This document shows positions 50,103 through 57,505 of a stretch of DNA of 64,000 nucleotides, one piece after another (within the stretch, counting starts at the first letter, position 1; each line of letters opens with the position of its first letter). A program made the position numbers and the translations under genes. This DNA comes from Fibrobacteria bacterium (GTDB lineage Bacteria > Fibrobacterota > Fibrobacteria > UBA5070): positions 23,498 to 87,497 of the forward strand of contig JAMIIV010000207.1 in NCBI GenBank assembly GCA_035913415.1, given 5' to 3'. The notes beneath the pieces were generated by a model, which saw nothing but the letters and a program-made list of their open reading frames with translations, did no database searches and was not told the DNA's origin.

Positions 50103-50717
50103 TCAGGCGCTGCAGGGAGTGCAATGGTTGTCGACCCACGGGTGCCACCCGCCGTCGAACCAGACGAAGTACATGCGTAGCTGGTCCCACCCCTTGGCGA
50201 CAAAGACGACCTGCATCACCCGCCAAGGCTTGGGCACGGGAAGCCACGGCACCACGAACTCAAGGTCGCCATCCTTGCGCCAGTGGCCGAATTTCGGGAG
50301 ATCGCGGGGCTGGACCGGATCCCAGAAAAAGCCCTGGTGGCCGCGATACGGGCCGGCGTCGTCACAAGGATTCTTCACGGCGGGGATACCCCGACGGATG
50401 GTGATTCGGGTGTCCGGCGGTATGACCTCCGTTCCGTCCATGATATCCTTCCCCACCTGCGTCGACGGGTAATCCAGAACACAGCTCGCCCCCGGGTTGT
50501 CGGCCGTGCGGTAGGGAAGTTTGGGATGAATCCACCGACTGGCCTCCTTGCGGCTTCGGCGGTAGGTCTCCAGGTATTCCTTCAGAAACTGCGGGAAGAC
50601 CGAATCGGGGTCTCGCCCGATCGAGTCCCGCAGGACGATGCGTGGTTCGGGATCGCGCGGAGCCACGATCGCCGTGTCCGAGGCTCCCGCCAGCAACAGG
50701 AGAAGAGAGAGGATCAT
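50103..50717 (-). CDS. Small secreted hypothetical protein
   Basis: Start at MILSLLLLLAGASDTAIVA, a signal peptide. The ATG overlaps the rtcR stop (ATGA). Cys-containing. WHPW near the C-terminus. Confidence 0.45.
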   Translation of the reverse strand: MILSLLLLLAGASDTAIVAPRDPEPRIVLRDSIGRDPDSVFPQFLKEYLETYRRSRKEASRWIHPKLPYRTADNPGASCVLDYPSTQVGKDIMDGTEVIPPDTRITIRRGIPAVKNPCDDAGPYRGHQGFFWDPVQPRDLPKFGHWRKDGDLEFVVPWLPVPKPWRVMQVVFVAKGWDQLRMYFVWFDGGWHPWVDNHCTPCSA

Positions 50718-52327
50718 GGACGCCTCGGGGAGGAAGAGTCGTGCGCTTCGGACCAGGAAAGTCCGAAGCGGCCAAGGTACTTGCGCAGCCGATCGGAATC
50801 GTTGGGGCTTTCCTTGCGCTCGCGCGAAACGGAGAACAGGCATCGCCCCGCCTCTGCCATCGTGGCCGACGAACGGCAGACTCCCAGCACGTGCGCCAGC
50901 TGCACCCGATCGAACTCGTCCAGCCGTCCCACGCGGGACGGGACGACGGATTCCGTCACGGGATCGCCGGCGCGGATCCACGAGCGTTCCAGACGTTCGA
51001 TTTCTTCGTCCACGTTCGGCTTGGTGATGCGGCCGTCCGACAGCAGCGCCATGCGCGTCACCGCCGCGGCCAGGTCGCGGAAATTCCCCTTCCACGAAGC
51101 ACGCGCCGAGGTCCCCCACTCCAGGAAGCGCTCGCGCGCCTCGCGGGTGATCGAAACCTGGCGTCCTTCGCGTGCACGCAACCGTTCCAGCTCGTACTCC
51201 AGATTGGGCTCCAGGTCGGCCGGCCGGTCGGCCAGTCCGGGCAGGGCGAAGGTCCACAACTGGATGCGCGCCAGGAGGTCTTCGCGGAATCGCCCGCGCG
51301 CCACCTCGGCCCCCAGATCCTTGTGCGATCCGGCCAGAAGCAGGAAATCGCTCTCGACTTCCCGATCCGAACCCACGGGGCGAAAGCGTTTCTCTTCCAG
51401 GGCCACCAGAAGCATCGCCTGCTCTTCCAGCCCCAGCTCGCCGATCTCGTCCAGGAACAGGATCCCCCGGTCGGCCGCACGCAGATAACCGGCCCGATCC
51501 CCTACCGCCCCGGTGAAGGCTCCTTTCACGTGCCCGAAGAGGGCCGACATCGCCCCTTCGCCGGCCAGGGTGGCGCAATTCACCGCGACGAACTCGCCGG
51601 CCACCAGCCCCCGCTGGCGGCGCAGTTCGTGGATGCGCCGCGCCAGGCTCGATTTGCCCGATCCGGTGGGTCCACCCAGCAGGATCGGATCGCGCGACCG
51701 GGAGGCCACGACTTCGATGCGCTCGATCAGGCGGTTGAACGCCTTGTCGCGGGTGCGGATGCCGTCCTTGAGGAAGTCGCGCCGGTCGCGGATGTCTTCG
51801 CGGAAGCGCGAGGCGATGCGGTCGTACCTGGACAGATCGAGATCGATGAGGGAGATGCGGCCGGGCAGCGATTTGTCGTTGCCCTCGGGGGGACTGGTCT
51901 GCAGGAGACGCCCCGGCAGGAAACGCGCCTCGGTGAGCAGGAACAGGCAGATCTGGTGGACATGGCTGCCCGTGGTGATGTGCACCAGCAGGTCTTCCCG
52001 CGCAGGATCGAAGGCCAGGCGGCGCGACAGGTCCAGGAGCACCGAGTAGACCGCCTCGAAGTCCCACGGATCGTGGGCGGGCAGGATCTCGCAGACCACG
52101 TCCATCCCGGGGCGCAGTTGGCGCAGATCGGAGGCCACCACCTCACCCAGCTCGCGGAACTTCTCCTGGAACAGCAGATGGTAGCGATCGAAGGGAGGGT
52201 CGTCGTGCCGGGCCAGATCGACCGTGGGACGCCACCGATCCCAACGTTTACGCCCCATGCCCCCGTCGAGGACCGTGCCGAGGATACCGATGCCCACGAG
52301 GGGCCTGGAAGTCGTTTTGCGCGTCAT
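50714..52327 (-). CDS. rtcR: Sigma-54-dependent transcriptional regulator RtcR (CARF domain, AAA+ and HTH)
   Basis: Start at MTRKTTSRPLVGIGILGTVLDGG. Strong similarity throughout to E. coli RtcR as recalled, including Walker A GPTGSGKSSLARRI and the GAFTGA motif. Confidence 0.85.
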   Translation of the reverse strand: MTRKTTSRPLVGIGILGTVLDGGMGRKRWDRWRPTVDLARHDDPPFDRYHLLFQEKFRELGEVVASDLRQLRPGMDVVCEILPAHDPWDFEAVYSVLLDLSRRLAFDPAREDLLVHITTGSHVHQICLFLLTEARFLPGRLLQTSPPEGNDKSLPGRISLIDLDLSRYDRIASRFREDIRDRRDFLKDGIRTRDKAFNRLIERIEVVASRSRDPILLGGPTGSGKSSLARRIHELRRQRGLVAGEFVAVNCATLAGEGAMSALFGHVKGAFTGAVGDRAGYLRAADRGILFLDEIGELGLEEQAMLLVALEEKRFRPVGSDREVESDFLLLAGSHKDLGAEVARGRFREDLLARIQLWTFALPGLADRPADLEPNLEYELERLRAREGRQVSITREARERFLEWGTSARASWKGNFRDLAAAVTRMALLSDGRITKPNVDEEIERLERSWIRAGDPVTESVVPSRVGRLDEFDRVQLAHVLGVCRSSATMAEAGRCLFSVSRERKESPNDSDRLRKYLGRFGLSWSEAHDSSSPRRP

Positions 52328-52417
52328 TCTATCGCACAGGATAGATCCTATGCCTTGCGATATCAATGCACCCCGATCCGGGCACACGTTTCTCCGACGG
52401 ATCCGCGCGACAACGAT

Positions 52418-52433
52418 TGGCACGCCCTTCGCA
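52418..52433 (+). promoter_or_regulatory. Sigma-54 (-24/-12) promoter TGGCAC-N5-TCGCA
   Basis: ttGGCACgccctTCGCA differs from the consensus TGGCAC-N5-TTGCA at one position. It lies divergent from rtcR and about 20 nt upstream of the tRNA-like RNA, as expected for an RtcR-dependent promoter. Confidence 0.5.
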
Positions 52434-52453
52434 CTTGAAGTGGAATACCGAAA

Positions 52454-52671
52454 GGGGAGGTAGCTCAAACGGAAGAGCACCGGAAAAACGTTGGACAACG
52501 GCACTGTAACAGGCACCGCGAACCGCAAGGTCGCCGGGCAGGGTTGCGGAGGCACCTATAGCGGCCTCGAAGGGTCATCACTCCCCCGAGGTGGGTGAAG
52601 CAGCAAGGGAAGCGCGTTTCCCAAGAGCCTGGCTTGTCGCGGCGATGCGGGTTCGATCCCCGTCCTCTCCA
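52454..52671 (+). ncRNA. tRNA-like structured RNA (about 218 nt) at the 5' end of the rsr operon; candidate Y-RNA-like or processed leader
   Basis: The 5' end GGGGAGG-TA-GCTCAAACGGAAGAGC gives a 7-bp acceptor 5' strand and a canonical D-arm. The 3' end GCGGG-TTCGATC-CCCGT-CCTCTCC-A gives a T-arm and a complementary acceptor 3' strand. An approximately 165 nt insert sits where the anticodon arm should be. Confidence 0.4.
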
Positions 52672-52703
52672 CTTTCTCGAATTCCACAGCAAGGATCATC
52701 ACC

Positions 52704-54275
52704 ATGCCCAATCTCGAACTGTTCAAGACCATCGCGGGCAGACTCATCCCCGCCACCGATACCCGCAACGCAGCGGGCGGCGTTGCGTACACCCGCTCCC
52801 CCAAGTCGGAGCTGGCCCAGCTGGCGATGACCGGATGCCTCAACGGCACCTTCCATGCCCAGGCCGAAGTGCAACTGGAGGCCATCCTCAAGCGCACTGC
52901 GGAGATCGATCCCGCCTGGATCGCCAAGCTGGCCCTGGTGGCCCGCAAGAAGGGCCACATGAAAGACGTTCCCGCCCTGCTGCTGGCGACCCTCGCCGTC
53001 CGCGACCGGGACAGCGCGGCGACCGCGTTTCCCCTGGTGATCGACAACGCCCGGATGCTGCGGACCTTCGTACAGATCGTCCGCTCGGGAGCCGCGGGAC
53101 GCAAGTCCTTCGGCTCGGCGCCCCGGCGCTGGATCCGGCAGTGGCTGGAATCACGGACTCTCGAACAGCTCCTGGACGCTTCGGTAGGCAACCAGCCCTC
53201 GCTCGCCGACATCGTGAAGATGGTCCATCCCCGGCCCGACGGTCCCGAGCGCGAAGCCTTCTACGGCTGGCTCTTGGGCAAGGAGGTCGCGACGGACACG
53301 CTTCCCGAGCGGGTGCGGGCCCTGCTGGCCTGGCGCGACGGAGACCGGGAAACGGTCCCCGAAACCGCGTTCGAACTCCTGACCGATCGGCCCCTGTCCA
53401 CCGGATCCTGGGCGGCCATCGCCCGCCGCGCCGGCTGGCAGTGGACGCGCATGAACCTCGCCACCCTCGCGCGGCACGGCGTGTTCGCCGATCCGGCGAT
53501 GGTGGACCTGGTGGCCGCCCGGCTGCGGGATCCGTCTCTGATCGCCCGGTCGCGCGTCTTTCCCTACCAGATCCTGTCCGCCTGGAAGGCGGCCGGGACC
53601 GACCTCCCCTCTGTCGTCCGCGACGCCCTCCAGGACGCGCTGGAACATGCGGTAGAGAACGTTCCCGCCTTCGCGGGGAAGGTGGTCGTCCTGCCCGACG
53701 TCTCCGGCTCCATGCACAGCCCCGTCACCGGATTCCGTCCGGGTGCGAGCTCGGCCACGCGCTGCGTGGACGTCGCCGCCCTCTTCGCCGCCGCCATCCT
53801 GCGGCGCAACCCTTCCGCCACCGTCATCCCCTTCAAGGAAGACATCGTGAACCTCGTCCTGAATCCTCGCGATTCCATCAGCACCAACGCCGAGCGCATG
53901 GCTTCCGTGGGCCCCGGCGGGACCGATTGTTCGGCCCCGCTGCGGCACCTGAACCAGCGCAAGGCCAAGGCCGACCTGGTCGTATTCGTCTCCGACAACG
54001 AGTCGTGGATGGACCCCGCCCGGGGACGCTGCACCACCACCCTGCGGGAATGGGAAACCTTCCGCGCCCGCAATCCCGGCGCCCGGCTGGTGTGCATCGA
54101 CCTGGCCCCCAACACCACGGTGCAGGCGCCCGATCGGCCCGACATCCTCAACGTAGGAGGCTTCTCCGACCAGGTCTTCGGACTGGTGGGGGAATTCGCC
54201 TCCGGCGGTCTGGAAGCCGGCGCCTGGGAGACGCGCATCGAACGGGAGGGAGAACGCCTCTTGAACGCGGCGTAG
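52704..54275 (+). CDS. rsr: Ro60 ortholog Rsr (TROVE domain plus vWA domain)
   Basis: Protein-like composition across about 520 aa. The architecture recalls bacterial Ro (TROVE-like helical N-region, DVSGSM-type vWA MIDAS motif VVLPDVSGSMHSP). Confidence 0.8.
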   Translation: MPNLELFKTIAGRLIPATDTRNAAGGVAYTRSPKSELAQLAMTGCLNGTFHAQAEVQLEAILKRTAEIDPAWIAKLALVARKKGHMKDVPALLLATLAVRDRDSAATAFPLVIDNARMLRTFVQIVRSGAAGRKSFGSAPRRWIRQWLESRTLEQLLDASVGNQPSLADIVKMVHPRPDGPEREAFYGWLLGKEVATDTLPERVRALLAWRDGDRETVPETAFELLTDRPLSTGSWAAIARRAGWQWTRMNLATLARHGVFADPAMVDLVAARLRDPSLIARSRVFPYQILSAWKAAGTDLPSVVRDALQDALEHAVENVPAFAGKVVVLPDVSGSMHSPVTGFRPGASSATRCVDVAALFAAAILRRNPSATVIPFKEDIVNLVLNPRDSISTNAERMASVGPGGTDCSAPLRHLNQRKAKADLVVFVSDNESWMDPARGRCTTTLREWETFRARNPGARLVCIDLAPNTTVQAPDRPDILNVGGFSDQVFGLVGEFASGGLEAGAWETRIEREGERLLNAA

Positions 54276-54597
54276 GGCGGAGTGGAAAGGCGCGACGAAT
54301 ACCGCGGCGGTCTACACTTGGACCTGGCATCCATTCCGGAGCGCGGGGGAAGATCCCGCAGGAGCCGCAAGGCTCCCGAGGCGTCGCCAGAGGACGCACC
54401 AGGCGGCGAAAGCCGGCAGACCACGCAATCCTTGTCGCCGCGCCCCCTCCATCCTCCCAACGCCCCTGACCGGGGGCGCCCGAGACGAATACCGGACGGG
54501 AGTCCATCCTCCACCTCCGCCGCGCCGCCCCGGGAGGGGCGGCACCCCGACTCCGGGGCAGGCACCTCCCCCCACCCTTGTCGTCCTGGGCGCTCCT

Positions 54598-54705
54598 TCT
54601 TTGGCGCGGAAGAATGCTGGACGGGAATCCATTGGTCAACACCTCCGTTTGCAAGAACGGTGGTGTGGGTTCAAGTCCCAAATCCCTCCACACCTTGTCT
54701 TCCGC
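54598..54705 (+). ncRNA. Candidate small structured RNA (second Y-RNA-like element)
   Basis: Terminal helix GGCGCGGAAGA / TCTTCCGCGC enclosing about 88 nt. The enclosed region has a T-loop-like GGTTCAAGTCC hairpin (GGTGTGG...CCACACC) and a CCGTTtgcaagaAACGG hairpin. CTTTTTCC follows. Confidence 0.25.
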
Positions 54706-54750
54706 GCTTTTTCCCTTTCCCGGGGCCCTCGAGGGGGCCCCACCCCTGTG

Positions 54751-54900
54751 CCCCCCCTTATGTCGAATGCCGGACAGGTGTACATCACACGTGTCGGTGC
54801 CGGGTTCGATTCCCGGCGCGGCCACTCTTCGGCCGCGTAGCTCAGTGGTAGAGCAACCCCGCTTCGCGGGCCACTTGTCCACCCTTGTCGACATTCGGGG
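54751..54900 (+). ncRNA. Candidate Y RNA (YrlA-like) with permuted tRNA-like module
   Basis: Terminal stem CCCCttATGTCGA / TCGACATtcGGGG with a 2x2 internal loop. The interior holds a T-arm (CCGGG-TTCGATT-CCCGG), an acceptor-like stem CGCGGCC-ctcttcg-GCCGCG capped by a loop, and a D-arm (GCTC-AGTGGTAGA-GAGC). Confidence 0.5.
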
Positions 54901-54924
54901 ATACTTCCTTTGGAGACACATCCC

Positions 54925-56148
54925 ATGAACCATCCCGAAATCTTCCAGCCCTCCCGTGGCGGCCTCGTGAAGGCCTGGACCCGCGGCGTCTTGTTCGAGG
55001 ACGAAGCCCGCCGCCAGGTGGAAAACGCCGCGAGCCTCCCCTTCATCCACAAGTGGGTCGCCATCATGCCCGACGTGCACGCCGGGAAGGGCGCCACGGT
55101 CGGATCCGTGATCCCCACCCTCGACGCCATCGTTCCCGCGGCCGTGGGTGTCGACATCGGTTGCGGCATGATGGCCGTGCGCACCTCGCTGAATGCCCGC
55201 GACCTTCCCGACAATCTGGCCTCCCTCCGGTCGGCCATCGAACGCGCCGTCCCCCATGGGCGCACCGACAACGGGGGCCGCAACGACCGCGGCGCCTGGA
55301 ACACACCTCCCGAGGCCGTCCGTTCCGCATGGGACTCCATGAGCCCCATCTTCGACCAGATCCGCGAGAAGCACCCGAAGATCGGGGCCTCCAACTCCTG
55401 GAACCACCTGGGAACCCTCGGGACGGGCAACCACTTCATCGAAGTCTGCCTGGACACGACGGATTCCGTCTGGGTGATGCTGCACTCCGGATCGCGCGGC
55501 GTGGGCAACCGGATCGGGTCGTACTTCATCGAGAAGGCCAAGCGCGAGATGGAACGCTGGCACATCCACCTTCCCGACGCCGACCTCGCCTACCTGCCGG
55601 AAGGCTCGCAGCATTTCGGCGACTACGTGAAGGCCCTGAAGTGGGCGCAAGGCTTCGCGATGAAGAACCGGGAACTGATGATGGACGCCACCCTGGCGGC
55701 CCTGGCGTCGCTGCCCGGGATCCCGCCCTTCGAACGCACCCTGGACGCGGTGAACTGCCACCACAACTACGTCGACCGCGAGCACCACTTCGGCAAGGAC
55801 GTGTGGGTCACCCGCAAGGGTGCCGTGCGCGCCCGCGATGGCGAAATGGGGATCATCCCCGGCTCCATGGGAACCCGTTCGTACATCGTGCGCGGCAAGG
55901 GCAACCCGGACAGTTTCTGTTCGTGCTCGCACGGCGCGGGTCGGGCGATGAGCCGTACCGAAGCCAGACGCCGCTTCACCCTGGCAGACCATGAACGCTG
56001 GACCGCGGGAATCGAATGCCGCAAGGACGCCGAGGTGATCGACGAGACCCCCGGCGCCTACAAGGACATCGACGCCGTGATGGAGGCGCAGAAGGACCTC
56101 GTGGAGGTCGTGCACACGCTCCGGCAGGTGGTCTGCGTGAAGGGCTGA
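54925..56148 (+). CDS. rtcB: RNA-splicing ligase RtcB
   Basis: Start at MNHPEIF. Matches E. coli RtcB as recalled (MPDVHAGKGATVGSVIPT, GVDIGCGM, GTLGTGNHFIE, NCHHNY, SCSHGAGR). Confidence 0.9.
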   Translation: MNHPEIFQPSRGGLVKAWTRGVLFEDEARRQVENAASLPFIHKWVAIMPDVHAGKGATVGSVIPTLDAIVPAAVGVDIGCGMMAVRTSLNARDLPDNLASLRSAIERAVPHGRTDNGGRNDRGAWNTPPEAVRSAWDSMSPIFDQIREKHPKIGASNSWNHLGTLGTGNHFIEVCLDTTDSVWVMLHSGSRGVGNRIGSYFIEKAKREMERWHIHLPDADLAYLPEGSQHFGDYVKALKWAQGFAMKNRELMMDATLAALASLPGIPPFERTLDAVNCHHNYVDREHHFGKDVWVTRKGAVRARDGEMGIIPGSMGTRSYIVRGKGNPDSFCSCSHGAGRAMSRTEARRRFTLADHERWTAGIECRKDAEVIDETPGAYKDIDAVMEAQKDLVEVVHTLRQVVCVKG

Positions 56149-56173
56149 GGGGGTTCCGGGACTCGAAAGGTAG

Positions 56174-56743
56174 GTGGCCAGGACTACCTTCGAGAGACCG
56201 ATGCAGACTCCGCACCCTTCCCGAACTCGCGTCACGATCGTCGCCACCGCGGCGATGCTGGTGTGCGTCGGCTGCGCCCCCGCCCCCATCCTGGTTCGGA
56301 CCTCGGTCACCCAACCCGATGTATTCTTGCGCCCGGACTCTTCCTGCCCGATCCCCGCGATCCGGTTTCGCGCCGACGGCTCGATCTCCCCCGTGCAGGG
56401 GACGGACGGCCATCTCGATCGTTGCCTGATCTCGTTCCCGCAGCCCGATCGACGAGGCGTGGTGGTCGAGCTTTCGGGCGTGAGTGATCCCTGCCGCACG
56501 GGAACGCTGCGCCGCGCGTGGATGGTGGCCCGATCCGACTCTGATTCCCTGATCCTCGGCACGCCCACGCCATCCTCCCGCGCCGAGATCCGAACCGAGC
56601 CCGACGTTCCGGACGATCCCGAGCTGCGCTGCCGGGTTCTCGATTCGAGCCTGGCCTTGGTCGAGGTCGTGATGTCGGATTCCGTCGTGGCACGCACCTG
56701 TTTCGCCGACGACAAAACGGGATTCCGAAGGTGCCTTCCGTGA
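56174..56743 (+). CDS. Hypothetical lipoprotein
   Basis: Signal peptide/lipobox TIVATAAMLVCVGC. The start may be at MQTPHPS (56201). Confidence 0.45.
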   Translation: MARTTFERPMQTPHPSRTRVTIVATAAMLVCVGCAPAPILVRTSVTQPDVFLRPDSSCPIPAIRFRADGSISPVQGTDGHLDRCLISFPQPDRRGVVVELSGVSDPCRTGTLRRAWMVARSDSDSLILGTPTPSSRAEIRTEPDVPDDPELRCRVLDSSLALVEVVMSDSVVARTCFADDKTGFRRCLP

Positions 56744-57447
56744 AGCCCTCCCACCTTCTCGCGGCGGGGATCGTCGCGGCCTTCGTGCTGCAGGGTTGCG
56801 CGACCCTCGTCGCCCTGTCCACGGCCGAGCGCATCCCGTTGCGGGAGGAGCGGATCCATCGTTGGGACTCGACCGGATCACAAGACCGAATGCTCCGCGC
56901 GACGCTGGAGGGGCGGACCGCGGACAGTGCCGGGCCGTCGCTGTGGAAATTCGAAGGTGCCGACATCTGGCTTCTGTGGCCGTCGTCGGGCAACCCCGTT
57001 GTGTTGTCGGACTCCCGCGATTCGCTGGACCACCACCTCAAGACGCGCCCGGGATGGGACACGACGGGAGTCGACACGATCGATGTCTACCTGATGTCCG
57101 ACACCACCGCCCGCGTCCCACCCGCCCTGCTGTCCGGCGCCGGTCGCCAAGCCATCGCGCTTTGGAGTCGGCCACGCTCCTCCGTGGACTGGAAGCCCGC
57201 CTGGGCCCTGCGCCTTCGGGACCGGACCCCGGTGATGGAGCCCCTGGTCTGGATCGGGCACCCGCGATTCAACCCTCTCGTGTGGGGGTGGGTGGTCGTG
57301 CCTGGTGGCGTCGCGGTCGACGTCGCGGCCTGGCCCCTGTACGTGGCAGCCTGGCATGTGGCGCAACCCGCGCTTCTTCCCGTGGCGGGCGGCATTCTCG
57401 CACTCGGATTCCTCGTCGCCTACCTCATGCGGGACTGGCACTTCTAG
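56731..57447 (+). CDS. Hypothetical lipoprotein with C-terminal hydrophobic segment
   Basis: N-terminal LAAGIVAAFVLQGC lipobox. C-terminal PVAGGILALGFLVAYLM. Confidence 0.45.
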   Translation: MPSVKPSHLLAAGIVAAFVLQGCATLVALSTAERIPLREERIHRWDSTGSQDRMLRATLEGRTADSAGPSLWKFEGADIWLLWPSSGNPVVLSDSRDSLDHHLKTRPGWDTTGVDTIDVYLMSDTTARVPPALLSGAGRQAIALWSRPRSSVDWKPAWALRLRDRTPVMEPLVWIGHPRFNPLVWGWVVVPGGVAVDVAAWPLYVAAWHVAQPALLPVAGGILALGFLVAYLMRDWHF

Positions 57448-57505
57448 GCGGCTTCCCACGGACAATCCGCTGGCCCAGCGCACCCGCGACGAGCCTCCGC
57501 TCGGC

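Noticed and set aside
52454-52671. Interpretation as tmRNA (ssrA) or as an ordinary tRNA gene
   Set aside because: At 218 nt it is too short for tmRNA. There is no tag-peptide ORF ending in Ala-Ala-stop and no tmRNA-like 5' region. It is too long for any tRNA, and the insert sits at the anticodon position. The location, inside the rtcR-rsr divergent promoter region, is atypical for a housekeeping tRNA.
54722-54741. GGGGCCC-tcgag-GGGGCCCC hairpin as an intrinsic terminator
   Set aside because: No T-run follows on either strand. It is more likely part of the Y RNA 5' flank structure.
54276-54905. ORFs 54282..54851 (+) and 54312..54632 (-) in the rsr-rtcB spacer
   Set aside because: P/G/R-rich low-complexity translations. 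The region is better explained by structured RNAs.
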